Source: Eledone cirrhosa
Lineage: Eukaryota
Assembly (NCBI GenBank): GCA_964016885.1
Contig: OZ024742.1
Span: 262,446,001-262,510,000, forward strand
Reading direction: 5' to 3'
DNA length: 64,000 nt
A program made the translations under genes and the position numbers. Within the stretch, counting starts at the first letter, position 1, and each line of letters opens with the position of its first letter. A model generated the notes under the pieces. The model had not been told where the DNA came from, searched no databases, and saw only the letters and a list, made by a program, of their open reading frames with translations. Of the stretch, positions 27,999 to 43,694 are shown one piece after another.

Positions 27999-28505
27999 AC
28001 TGATGAAGAGTAATCACCCAGAAACATAAGTCTGCAGTTCTGTTTGCAACACAAGAGCGAGAATGAGGGGCTAATTCTAATGACATGGCTTATAAAAGAG
28101 GCTGTCTGCGTAATTGCAAACGAATCGAATGTTATTATTACTATTCGACAAACTCAGATTACATTTATTATATTCAGCCATGATGAGCGATAACTATTTT
28201 TTAGTTATTTGAATATGGCAAAGCCGGCCATTAATCGCTCGTATACATGAAACTGACTGGCCTATCTGCTGATATGCAAATTTGGCTGATCAGTGAATCT
28301 GCTAATATGCAGATCTGACTGATCAGCCAGTCTACTAATATGCAAATCAGGCCGATCAGTCACTTTATACTTTAGAAAATATCATATATTTTCACTAGCT
28401 CTGACAGTTGGCAGGTAAGCAGTAAACTGCACTGATGAAGGGTAATGTAATCACTCAGAAACATTTGTGTCTGCAGTTCTGTTTACATGCCAACACAAGA
28501 GCGAT
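27993..28505 (+). mobile_element. Family D retrozyme-like element, HHR-to-HHR monomer of ~435 nt
   Basis: CTGATGA cores at 28000 and 28432, with direct repetition of the downstream ctgcagttctgttt..caacacaagagcga. Second HHR 28425-28478 has a 7-bp stem I. No ORF. Confidence 0.7.
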
Positions 28506-28539
28506 ATATATATATATATACATATATAAATTTTAGTAC

Positions 28540-29960
28540 AGCATTAACGAAGCTTTAGTTCGCGGCCAAGGTAACGAATGCAAATTCGGTCTGTAGCTTT
28601 AGCACTCGGATGGGGAAAAGTACCCCAGAGTAATAACAATACGTTTAGACAGCTTAGCAAATCAAATATAGCGATCGGCAGTCCAGCCGCATCACTAGAG
28701 CAACGAAAATACAGGACTCGGGAAAAGATTTTTAGGTCCGGATAACATCCACCTCGCAGTCAGAAGGACCCTTTATTTCACTCATTGCTATTAAAAATAT
28801 GCAATTTTTATTTTGTAAATAGGGCATTTCAGCAATTCGGCATCAGTCACAAATAATCCCTGTTTCAAAGAAGGGTGATATCTCTTTAGCCACTAACTCT
28901 AGAGGGGTCTGACCTCTTCCCATAGCAGCTAAAATTTATAACAAAATGGTTCTTAATAGTATTGTAACCAAGACAGATTTAAAGTATTAAGAACCACAAT
29001 TAATTAAATTCTATCCTTTCGTAGACTTATTGAGAAAGCCGACTTCTAGACTTTGCTTTCATATTTGTAGATTTTAGTGAAGCTTTGCTTTTTGTAGACA
29101 GATAAAAAATGTTTGAAATCTTAGAATATTATGGCATTCTTAAGCAAATAATTGAAGCCACCAACGCCCTATATAACGATACAACCGCTACTATTCTCAC
29201 CACAGATAAAGAAACTCACTCGTTTTCTATCAAAACCGGTATTCTGCAAGAGGACACCCTTGATCCATTCTTATCTATTGTGACTGTGGACTATGCCCTC
29301 CGTTTGTCAGTTGAAAGAATTAAAAATGTTTTCAACTTTACCCTCGGCTAAGTTCCTGCATTCCTGTTGTTTATGTCACTGACACTGACTTTGCAGATGA
29401 TGTTGCTTTAATCAGTAATTCTCTTGAAAATGCAGACGCACTATTACACCATTACCAAAACATTAATTCACTATCCCAGATAAAGACATTAAACAACTAA
29501 GTTGATGAATATAAGAGCTTATGATCTTATATTTTCGCCTCTGAAAATGTCTGTAAGGGCATGGCATGGGAATCTAATTTAAGTGTTGAACTAAAAGTTA
29601 AGTATATACTCATGTATGGTTCTGAAACATTGACAATGACAACAAATTTACAAAAAAGATTAAACGGCACATTCAATTGGCCTTTATGGCGAGAAAAACG
29701 TTTCCTGGAGACAGTATCTAACCAGAGAGCTAATTAATGGCAACTTGTGCCCTATCTCTTCGTGTTAGTGAAAGTTATGTGGATTCAGTTTGCAGGTCAT
29801 TCTTAAAGAGCAGAAGGATAAATAATATCCTCTGGATATTCCGACCCCCATGGCCGTAGAAGTAAGAAACTTATATTTGGGTATGCGATCAGCAGGGACG
29901 CAAGGATTGCAAAGAGACCCATTGACAGCTATGCAAGATCGGGATCACTGCGTAGGGTTG
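28540..29960 (+). mobile_element. Old, degraded RTE-like LINE (related 5' fragment at ~2060-2230)
   Basis: Remnants of GILQEDTLDPFL, DFADDVAL and YGSETLT; many stops. Confidence 0.65.
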
Positions 29961-30068
29961 TGGGTTGTATTATTTCGACTATGATCGAAAGATGATATAT
30001 ATATATATAAGAAAAGAGTCAGGACCCCCGACGGCTGAGCTCCGGCCGTTTCGACAGCTAGATATAAG

Positions 30069-30171
<103 letters not shown>

Positions 30172-30201
30172 AACATATATATGTGAATATGCATGTACTT
30201 G

Positions 30202-30354
<153 letters not shown>

Positions 30355-30373
30355 ATGTATGTATGTATCTATA

Positions 30374-31086
30374 CTGTGCGGAGCAGATAAATCCTGAAAA
30401 AAATTAATGAATATTAAAACCACCGTTTTTTATATAACAAATTAATATATTTCAATGAAACTTTATACACGTATACGGTACAAAAATCACTCGATGTGGC
30501 CACTATCGGTAGCCACCAATTTCTCCAGGTGGGACCGGAAGCTGGAGCAAGCCTTGGTGACGGCGTCCTTGTCCATGTTGGCCATGGCGTCCCTGATGAC
30601 TGTCTTGAGAGCCTCCTTGGTGTTGTAGGGTCTGCTGTTCACCTCCATCTCCAAGACGTCTAATACAAAATAATTGAAAGAATTACAGTCTGGCGATGAG
30701 GTCGTTGATCAGGGTTGACGTCTTCAGCTTCTTCCCCTTCTCCTCAGCTTCGGTGAGCAAGTGATGCTTCTTCAGCACATGAGATTTATAATTCAAGTCC
30801 TTGAAAACACGCCGAATTGGACGCTTGCTGGTGGCAATTTCCTTGGCGATTTTCCACATGCGTTTGCTGGGGTTCTCCTTGACAACCCTGGCAACGTCGA
30901 CGACGAACTTAACGATCGTATTCTGAAGACATGTCGATTACTATACACCTCGAGCGTCAATGAGCAAACAGCTACTGATGTGTACTACGTTCTAATGGCG
31001 CTAATGGCGTTCTCGAAACGTCGCTAGCCTGTGTCATTACGGCACTGTTGCCACGTAAAAGTTCAGGATATATCTGCAGCACACTG
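30374..31086 (-). mobile_element. Tc1/mariner-superfamily internal-deletion derivative
   Basis: TIRs ctgtgcggagcagataaatcctgaa / ttcaggatatatctgcagcacactg with TA flanks. Minus-strand remnant SPDCN...VTKACSSFRSHLEKLVATDSGHIE*. Confidence 0.8.
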
Positions 31087-31279
31087 TATATATATATATA
31101 TATATAGGAAAGCCTGATGATTTCCTCCGAATGAAACAGTTCTAGTCCTGTAGAAACCATTTCTATATTAAATATTTATATATTGAATACCTTACTTACT
31201 GTGGTTACCCCGATTGAACCCGGGATATATATATATCAAAATGTCATAATACTTATATATATATATATATATATAAGGA

Positions 31280-32515
31280 TTATGACATTTTGACTTTTTG
31301 TAAAATAATTGATTTCCTGTATCACAAAAATATTGAAGAAATGAAGAAAGGTTTAATTTTGTTTATGTTTTAAAAAATGTCACCCCCAACACGACATTTT
31401 AAAAATCGTATATAAGTATAGTAGTACTATGATTTCCTGGACCCTTGGAACCTTCTAGAACTTTCTAAAGCCTTCTAGAACTTTCTGAAAATTTATGACG
31501 TGCATGGTGAATGGTTGTGTAGTGAGGACAGACAGTTATATCATCTTCAGATCGAAAGCAAAGGACATGCTGGATATACAACTGGAAAGACTGCGAGTTC
31601 CAAATCTATTCATCTATCCAAAAGAAGAAAAGTAATTTTGGAGCAAGCTACAACAGTAACAACAACAACTTCATCTTCCGAATCAGAGACCCAATCATAG
31701 AGTGAATAGGAAGAGTCCGAAAGTTCTGGAGAACAATTTACAAGAAAACGAAAGAAGTATAGCAAATCCAAATTAGTAACATCTTCAAACTTATCAACCA
31801 GCAAAACAGCAAATGTTTGTCAGCAGTTACCTCAAGAAGGGATTGACGTTGAGACGTCTTCCCAATCTGGTATTTACAGATCTAGTATCAAAGAAGCTGT
31901 TAAATTTAAAGAAGAAATGAAAAAAGCACTACACTTAAAAAATTGGTCATTGGATCTTAATGGTAAACGAATTGATGGCCAAAAATATCAAGTGCTCCTT
32001 TTGAAGAATGAAAGAAGAGATAAGTTAGAAGCATTAGGTCTACCAAATGGAAAAGCATATACTGTTGTCAAAGGCATAACAGCTGATCTGGATGAAAACA
32101 ATTTATTGAAGAGCATAAAATTAATTGTTACGGACACTAAAATTGTGAACACTGGGAGCAGGAATGAGATTGTCGTTACAAAGATTATTTTCTCAAAAGA
32201 AACTGATAGTACCACAATTCATTGGCTATCAACATCATGTTCTCACAACTTGCTTCGCGTAGTAATGGATGACGAACTTGGAGGAAAGAAGACCTCGCCT
32301 AATAGCAAATATCCGTTTATCCGTGAACTTGTAAATAACTACGAATGGCTCAAGAAGAATTTCAAGAATGGTAAAGAAGAGTAAGATGGAGAGATGATAT
32401 GAAATTTCTATTTCATTTAACTCGAATTTTCCGCTTTTTCGAAGAAACTGGAAGATTTCCTAAAATGAAGTTTCAAAGAATTCTTAACTTGAGTAATGCA
32501 AAATGGAATTATACT
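31280..32515 (+). mobile_element. Degraded DNA-transposase fragment (hAT-related, tentative)
   Basis: Broken ORFs with NGKRIDG, TDTKIVNTG, LLRVVMD and WRDDMKFL-like motifs; termini not identified. Confidence 0.45.
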
Positions 32516-32535
32516 AGCTGTGTGAGTGTATATAT

Positions 32536-32631
<96 letters not shown>

Positions 32632-33126
32632 ACTAGAAATTGATTAACATATAAATAAACATGAATAATCACAGGAGATAATTTTTAACCACACATAGCT
32701 AGGTAGGTAACTAAATAAAATTGACCAGAACTTCAAAAATAGATACCTTATAATATGATTCATCTTCCATGTATATATTCCATTAAAGAAATATATTTCA
32801 CCAATTAATCGGATAGTAAACCACGGAAGTGGAGACTTAGATTTTCAACAAGGAAGAAGTTCCAGCGATCCGTGTTTACACTTCAAGTTCAAATCAGCGA
32901 CTGGCAAGCACCACGTGTTATATCTACTAGAAATACACACATCATACTAGCTTCGTCCCAGTGGCGTGAATAGGGTTATCGGCAAGAATTTCTAGTTATT
33001 ATAAAATGCTCGGACCTACTCGTTAGAATCTTAGAGCTTATTTTGCGGGTGATATGGCGCATGTCTTTCTGGCATGACACCCATAATTTTGATTTAGATT
33101 AAATTCATTTGATTTATCTTAATTTT

Positions 33127-33529
<403 letters not shown>

Positions 33530-33547
33530 GTTTATATTTATATATAT

Positions 33548-33586
<39 letters not shown>

Positions 33587-33657
33587 AGTTAAAACAATGA
33601 AATAAAAAATCAAGTCATTAGACCCCACAACTTACCGAGGATATCTCTGTGTGTGTG

Positions 33658-33721
<64 letters not shown>

Positions 33722-33759
33722 CATACATACATACATACATACATACATACATACATACA

Positions 33760-34325
33760 TAGTGGCTGCCAACTCGTTTTTGAGTACGGCCACTACTTTA
33801 TATCCATGTAGGAGAACCTCTACCGATGCGCTGAACGAGTGTAACTTTTTAGTCCAGCCAGCGACTTGAAAACTCTGGTACAAACACTAGACTTGTGACA
33901 ATTATTGACACATAGTGCTGGGCCCATGGTACCATGTGACGACAAGTGCAGAGAGATCTCCAGATATAAAGCAATGCCTGTGCCGTGAAGCTTTTATAGT
34001 GAGAAAAGGCACTGCACAAAGCCAGTCCCACTCTCTTAACCAAGATGATATTTACCAAAAAGAAGAACAAGTCAACATCATTGGATACCATCAGGGTTGC
34101 AGGTGTTATATCAGAGTTTTCCTTCTCCTAGAATTCTGCCTTGACAAAGGCTAAGGGGTCATCTCTCCCGGTGATTTTGGATGGCCATTGACTCTTAAGA
34201 GCTCCTTTGCCCTTTGACAGGTTTTGTTTTTAGTCCTGCAGGATGTCCAAAGTCACCCTCCTCACCAAGAAACCTTGGTGGGGTTGCCAGTTTAGTCGCC
34301 AACGACCCGACCATGGGACAGGTTG
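33760..34325 (-). mobile_element. Non-autonomous bipartite RTE-derived element (second copy 61938-62535)
   Basis: RTE-type 5'UTR motif ctaggagaaggaaaactctg. 3' end encodes a C2H2-like remnant (CTRVFKSLAGLKSYTRSAH), then a terminal hairpin and (ATGT)n tail. Confidence 0.6.
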
Positions 34326-34353
34326 TACATACATACATACATACATACATACA

Positions 34354-34421
<68 letters not shown>

Positions 34422-35195
34422 TATATAGTAAAGGCATATGGCCTAGCGGTTAGAGCGTCCGACCCACATGTTCGTGGATTTGATTCCTGTACCAGTCGGT
34501 GCGTTGTGTTCTTGGGCATGACACTTCATCTCACGTTACTCATGATGATAGTGATGTTGTTAGTGTTTGTGCTGGTGGTGGTGATGATAGCGGGGTTGGG
34601 TGATAATTGTGGTAATGAAGGTGATGATGATATTTGTGATGGGGATAAGGATTATGATTATGCTGTTGATGATGACATTGGTGATGATATTACTGATATT
34701 GTGGTTGCGATCAATTACAGCCGTATCAACCCACCACCAGCACCACCACCACCACCACCACCACCGCCGCCACCACCAGTACAAAAACAACAACGAAACC
34801 GCCCACTACACTACCACCAACGACACCATCCCCACCAACACCATTACGACCACCACTAATCACAGCAGCAACAGCAGCACTATTACAATGACGGCGGCAT
34901 CCCCGATAGTCACACAATAAAAGCGGGGGGGGGGGGGGGAGGTGGGGAAGGTGTGCATTAGAATCAATATTTACCCCTCTTTTCAATCCACTGAATTATC
35001 GCGCATGCTGTCCCATGTAATAAAAAGAAACGTATTCGGTTGGCCGCTTGCCTTAATCAATACCAGATGTGAGTCAGACGGCGTTCCCGCGCTTTGTTCA
35101 GTATGTACACGCATGTACACACACACACACACACACGCACACACACGCACACACGCGAACACACACACACACACACACACATACATACACACACG

Positions 35196-35240
<45 letters not shown>

Positions 35241-35287
35241 GCATACAGACAGATGCGCGTATACACACATATATTCATACATATACA

Positions 35288-35394
<107 letters not shown>

Positions 35395-35415
35395 ACACAT
35401 ACATATGTATATATA

Positions 35416-36541
35416 CTAGCGGCCTCCCGGCTTTCGCCGCGGTCTGTACTGTGCTAAAATCTATTCTTAGGGCACCTATTGTCATCTGTCGTAATGTCCA
35501 TTTATCTGAGAATTACAGAAAATGTATTCTACGAAAACTAGAAAACACAAAACTTCAGTATATACAATGTTTTTAACTTTTTTCTTTGGAGCATATATGA
35601 AGAGTTTGTGGGGTCTTCCTAGTCTGGAATAACCTACATACAATTGACCATGTGAGAAGCAGCCCTCTTCTAGATGGGGGCCAGCAACCTGCAGGGTTTG
35701 ATCTTCGGACTTGTTAATGGTCATTACATAACTGACAATCACTGGGAATTGTAATCATTGGAACAAAAGGGGACATCTGTTGGTATTAGTGGTATTATAG
35801 ATATAAATACGATGTCTTCCTTACCACACCCAGTGAGGATTTTGGCTTCGATAATGTGAGGCTGTAGTTCAGTCACAACCATAAGCGTCCCATTGCTCAA
35901 TCATGGCTGATACAGGTTTCTGAGAAGCATGGTGACTGTGCCCTTCTTCAATTCAAGGTTGTGTGGCAGCATACCGGACAGTTCTAGATTGTTGAGAAAT
36001 TCAATAGGATAATGAACAGCATCGTCCTCGTCGACAACTTTGTCGATAGATTTATAGGTCTGGTTACATCCAGGGATCATCTGTGAGAGATTTTGTTGAT
36101 GGAATTTACTGTGATGTTCTTTGGGGGGCAAGTATTGTTCTTTCACACAGCCACCCCTCATTGAATGGTGGATTTGGAAATTGAGGAACACTTAATTAAT
36201 TAAGCTTACGACGTTTTCCCCAACAGTACAACATGATGAAGGATCAAAACATCCTTTAGTATCAAGGGATTGCTTTTCTATAAATTTAAATGGCTGAGAA
36301 GTGCTTATCTGTAATTACGAGTGGACCCATCCCTTCTCGCCTCTGTTATTAGCACTGAAGAAATCTCCGAGGCTGGAGAAATCCCCCCCCCCCATTTGGT
36401 TTTCGGAGTAAAAGTGGCTTGCGAACATATCGGAGGTCATATTAGCTGAAAGCGCGCAGAAAGCCTTAATTATTACTAATCCTATTTAGTGTTTTAAGCG
36501 GTCAAAGTACAAACAAACTTCCTTTTTATAAGTATTATAGA
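35416..36541 (-). mobile_element. Internally deleted Helitron with both termini
   Basis: 5' TCtataatacttataaaaag; PIF1-helicase C-terminus (LLRNL, MTINKS, CFSHGQLYV..SR); 3' cggc-gaaa-gccg hairpin + CTAG; inserted between A and T. Confidence 0.85.
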
Positions 36542-36726
36542 TATATATAGTGTGTGTGCGTGCGAGTGTGCCTACGTGTGTATATATGTAGTGTGAGTGT
36601 GTAGGTTTTAGTCAGTTAGAGAGGGGGGAGGTGGATATATATATATATATGTGTGTGTGCGTGTGTGCGGGCGAGTGGGTCTACACACATACACTCATAC
36701 GCGCGCACACACACACACACACACGC

Positions 36727-36838
<112 letters not shown>

Positions 36839-37114
36839 GTGTATGCGAAAGTTTTAGTGACTTAAAAGTGAGGGCGAGAGGATTGAGTGAGAGGCGGTGT
36901 AGTGTTTCACTATCTATATATAGATAGCTTGACGGACGAACAGACAGCACATGGGTGCTAGAAATAGCAGTAAATTCTCCCCCAACTTAATCCCTCCCCT
37001 CATTCCATTTTCGGCAAATAAGTAGACAGCGAGCTTGATGCAGATCAGATTAGTTGAAAACGCTAAAATTATCAATTTTATATAATATTATTAGCGGTCA
37101 ACGTACAAGCAAAG

Positions 37115-37153
<39 letters not shown>

Positions 37154-37155
<2 letters not shown>

Positions 37156-37396
37156 AACAAGTAAGACCCCGACGGCTGAGCTCAAGCCGTTTCGACGGCT
37201 AATTCTGTCACACACACAGAAACAAGATGGCGTAGGACAGAACATAGGAGAGGCACAAGTTCAGAATTAGCCGTCGAAACGGCTTGAGCTCAGCCGTCGG
37301 GGTCTTACTTGTTCCTATTACCCACTCTACTACCCTAAGTATTGAGTACTTTGGTGCGTTATGGTCCACCTGGTTCCTTACCACATTTCCTTCGTT
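37154..37396 (+). mobile_element. Family A fold-back element with a 52-bp foreign insert in its loop
   Basis: Inverted arms flank 37207-37258, which is the reverse complement of 38120-38171. Confidence 0.78.
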
Positions 37397-37432
37397 ATAT
37401 ATATATATATAATATATATAACCTTGCTATTG

Positions 37433-37485
<53 letters not shown>

Positions 37486-37581
37486 GGAGGCGAGTTTTAT
37501 TGTAGTACAATAAAACAATGCAGATATCGGATAAGAAGCACTCTACAGTTTGTAGGACTGGAGTATAAATAATATAATATA

Positions 37582-37650
<69 letters not shown>

Positions 37651-37667
37651 TTATATATATATATATA

Positions 37668-37865
37668 TATTTGAAAAAAAGGAAAAGAATGACTTCACTT
37701 GTAGTGTTAAATAATTTGATTTAATTTTATAATATTATATTATGAGTTGACCAACTCATAATATTATAATATTATAAAATTAAATCAAATTATTTAACAC
37801 TAAAAGTGAAGTCATTCTTTTCCTTTTTTTCAAATATACCTAACTACCAAGGATCTCACACATTT

Positions 37866-37870
<5 letters not shown>
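37668..37870 (+). mobile_element. AT-rich fold-back element (inverted repeat ~37668-37836 plus tail)
   Basis: Palindrome centred on tatgagttga/ccaactcata; (TA)n flanks. Confidence 0.65.
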
Positions 37871-37895
<25 letters not shown>

Positions 37896-37901
<6 letters not shown>

Positions 37902-38203
37902 ATACTTTGGGAGGGTCATGTTGCCAATAAGAAACACACGCACCAGTTGCTTTTCCTTTCAATTTATTATAATAAATTTATAAATTTAGGAATTTATAAA
38001 TTTCCGGTTGGTTGGTTCCACAACCAGATGGTTGTTTATATATTGTCAAAGTTCTTTCGTCACACATTCGTCACACACTCTGTGACCTCTTCAGTGACTG
38101 AGGATTCTTTTCTTTGTTTTTGTGCCTCTCCTTTGTTCTGTCCTACGCCATCTTGTTTCTGTGTGTGTGACACACAGAAACAAGATGGCGTAGGACAGAA
38201 CAT
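37896..38203 (-). mobile_element. Family B pLTR with HHR (38045-38098, 11-bp duplication in stem II) and a short terminal fold-back
   Basis: Homologous to 19302-19565; hairpin centred at ~38170. Confidence 0.75.
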
Positions 38204-38430
38204 ATACTTATATATATATACTTATATATATATATATACTTATATATATATATATATATATATATATACTTACATATATATTCCTGGTACTAACTAATCT
38301 CAGAGACCTTGAAAAGGGTCAAGTGTACTGTCATTCCTTCTTGACGAAATAAAAAAAAGTGTAGCTTTTGGTAAGTTTGTTCCGTGTATTAATAGCCAAA
38401 TGTAGAAACCAACTATGTAAGTATATATAT

Positions 38431-38640
38431 GGCCGAGTGGTTAGAGAACTGGATTCTCAATCGTGAGGTTGTGAGTTCGATTCCTGGACCGGGTGATGCG
38501 TTATGTCCTTGAGCAAGACACTTTATTTCACGTTGCTCCTTCTACCTAGGTTGCGACCGATAGATAGTATTAGCAATTGGAAAGACCAATGGAAACACTG
38601 TTTCCTCGGTCCGATTTGACGAAAGTCGATCGTTGGGAAT
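38431..38640 (+). mobile_element. tRNA-headed SINE (tail also at 12330-12455)
   Basis: A-box tggccgagtgg, B-box gagttcgattcc, then tgtccttgagcaagacacttt core. Confidence 0.75.
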
Positions 38641-38650
38641 ATATATATAT

Positions 38651-38923
38651 ATAAATTATACAATTATCAAAGTTGTGTTCAAATCATTTAATAGCTGACA
38701 ATCGTTTCTTCCAAACTCTCGTTTGAAGTTTGGAAGAAACGATTGTCAGCTATTAAATGATTTGAACACAACTTTGATAATTGTATAATTTATATATTTT
38801 CCTGCTCTGTAAAACAACTGATGTTCATACATTGAGCTATTTCTCTTACTGGTAATAAGGTAGTAAGAAATTACTGATCTTCCTGTTTATAGTTGTTTAT
38901 ACTATATACATAACTATAAACAG

Positions 38924-38930
<7 letters not shown>
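38651..38930 (+). mobile_element. Fold-back element (inverted repeat 38651-38793) with an HHR 3' half
   Basis: GAAA-CgattG-TC-agct next to the fold point; (TA)n flanks. Confidence 0.65.
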
Positions 38931-38961
<31 letters not shown>

Positions 38962-40302
38962 TTACATAGTTGGTTTCTACATTTGGCTATTAATACACGG
39001 AACAAACTTACCAAAAGCTACACTTTTTTTTATTTCGTCAAGAAGGAATGACAGTACACTTGACCCTTTTCAAGGTCTCTGAGATTAGTTAGTACCAGGA
39101 ATATATATGTATAGTACTAGGAAGATATATATATATATAAACAGAGACCTGGGATGAATGTCTGGAACAGCGTGGACTCCACTAAAGGCAGTCAAAGGTC
39201 AGATGATGGTCAGATGAATCGGGAAACGGAATAATTTTGGTACCCAAGCCGAGCAGAGTGAGGTGTTGGTGCTAAACCAGGTTACGAACTTTGTCTACCA
39301 CCTAAGCAGGCAATATGGGCATTTGCAATAGAGTGGGCTGTATTAAAGACATATAAAGACTGTGGCGCTATTTTGGAACAATCAGTGTCAACAAAATCCG
39401 AAAGTTCAAGAGCTCAATATACAAAGACGTATTGTTCTTATCTTAGTTAACAGAGTGAACCAATTGCTTGTCTGCGGGACTTGTTTTTGAACTGATTTTT
39501 CCAATGAATCTATTGTTTTGGAATGACCGAATAAATAACCAAACAGGAAGTTACTGTCAGTGACAATGATATGATCAGAAGGGATGGACCTCCGTAAGTT
39601 TCGACGATAAATATTCAAGTTGTTTGATCAACAGAACTGCCTGCTCGAGTAAGTGGCTGAGTATTCCATAGACACATGTACTAATAACGTAATTTTCAGG
39701 TTGATTCAGCATGACAAGGCTTGGGATTTTGAAAAATAGGTACAGCTCATCCGACAGGCTTTCAAACATTTTCTGTTTACTCAATTACATTCACAAAACA
39801 TGGGTCGACCCAAGGTAAATGACACTTGCCCGAGATGCCACGCAGTAAGATCGAACCTTGGACCAGCTGATTACGAAACGGACTCCTTAACCATTTGGCA
39901 ATGCCGTGTCTCCATATAATTAACAGACAATAAAGTGCCAATGCTATTTTAATTATCAAAATCCTTAGAGTGTCCAATAGAATGTCTTGCGCTTGTTATT
40001 CATTCTGGTTTTCTGCACTATGAGTTGAATTCCTGCCGAGGTCAACTTTGCTTTTCATCCGTTCGGGGTCAATAAAGAAAGTATCAGTCTAGTACTATGG
40101 TAAATTAAACTGTCTCTCTTTCTTTCTCACTCTCTCTGCTACCTGACTTGAAGAAGTATAATCTCCACCAGTTTTCGATGCCAAAGACTCCAAACAATTC
40201 CATCGGGAGTTGAGCACCAAAAGAATGCAAGAAACACTATTTTTTTAATTATAAACTCTAATCTTATTTTCAGACAAATGTTTTATCTTTTATCGAAGGT
40301 TC

Positions 40303-40865
40303 TTTAACTCTTTCGTTACCACATATATAATGAAAGACATTACCTGTGATTTTCAAATTATTTTGAATATAATCAAGAATTTGAAGGGACATAGTGACGT
40401 AACTATCATCTTTTCTTGGTCTTTGGAATAATTTAACAAAGGATCTTACATAAAATTATGATGGATAGCTTAACCCTTTTTTTACAATATATCTAATGAA
40501 AGGCATTGCCTATAATTTTCAAATAATTTTGAAAATAATCAAGAATTTGGAGTGATTTAGTAATATAACAAACTTTACCATTATCAACCTTGTGTCTGGA
40601 ACATAACTTATAGATTCTTACAGAGAATTATAAACATAAACATTTTAACCCTTTTGTTACTATATTTCTAATGAAAAGCAATGTCAATGATTTTCAAGTC
40701 ATTTTAAATTAACTTTCTTATTATTAAGTTGGTGTTTGCAACATAACCTAACAAACGTTCTTACATTAAATTATGACGGAACGTTTTAAGATAAATATAA
40801 TCATTTCAAATATTAGTTTTATATCGTAGAACCAGTTTCTGGTCGATTGATATCAAAAGGGTTAA
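40303..40865. mobile_element. piggyBac-like MITE with a triplicated left portion
   Basis: ttaac(c/t)cttt starts three ~170-bp diverged units; the array ends in aaaagggttaa. Confidence 0.5.
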
Positions 40866-41119
40866 AGAAATCAGAAATGTGAGAATAGAACCAGTAGAAT
40901 TTTTCATACATCAACTCTTAGACAAGTTTTTCACCCCACACCTTCCACCTTCAGTATGTTGTATATACTGGCTGTCTTTCCATTCGATGAAGACATATTT
41001 GCACTCCTTTCACCTACTACCATGCTCACACAGGCAGACATACACTCACATGCTCACGCACATACACGTATATATATATATATTTTTTCTTTGTTTGCCA
41101 CAAGGGCGCTATATATATA

Positions 41120-41440
41120 TAGATGGTTAAAGAAGATTAGTCCAGCCCAGCTTTTTGGAACACTTCAAAAGGCATGCTTGCTGGGAACAGCAAGAACCCT
41201 CCGATACGTCCAAGGATTTGGAACTGCCATGAAGTCAAATTGGTCCCGATTGTCATAGGCGCACTAGGTACTATCTCAAAAACTTTCCAGGGATGGTTAA
41301 AGAAAATTGGCCCCTTCACGCTTTTTGGAACGCTTCAAAAGGCATGTTTGCTGGGAACAGCAAGAACCCTCCGATACGTCCTGAATATCTGAGGCTGCAG
41401 GTAGCGGCTTGATATTCATTTCAACAAACTTTTCAGTTAA
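41120..41440 (+). mobile_element. Rearranged 3' fragments of the R4/Dong-like family
   Basis: Duplicated LQKACLLGTARTLRYV segments. Confidence 0.75.
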
Positions 41441-41449
41441 ACAACAACA

Positions 41450-43350
<1,901 letters not shown>

Positions 43351-43354
43351 AATA

Positions 43355-43543
43355 ATAATTGTTTCTACTTTAGGCACAAGGCCAGCAATTACCCAGTGCA
43401 TTACTGGTACTTTATTTTATCGACCCGTAAGGATGAAAGGCAAAGTCAACCTCGGCGGGATTTGAACTCAGATCGTAAAGGGACGTAACTATGCTGAAAA
43501 GCATGGTGTCCGACCCTCTACCAATACTGCCAATCCACTACCC

Positions 43544-43545
<2 letters not shown>
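43355..43545 (-). mobile_element. tRNA-derived SINE (same family as 3687-4093; duplicate at 56895-57085, partial at 50568-50720)
   Basis: Full sequence match to the family. Confidence 0.8.
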
Positions 43546-43622
<77 letters not shown>

Positions 43623-43660
43623 TCTCTTTATTGGCCACAAGGGCTGACATCAACAACAAC

Positions 43661-43694
<34 letters not shown>

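Larger units (their letters stand above)
38272..39110. repeat. ~155-bp perfect inverted repeat (38272-38425 / 38961-39110) enclosing a SINE and another palindrome
   Basis: Arms are exact reverse complements by eye. Confidence 0.8.
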
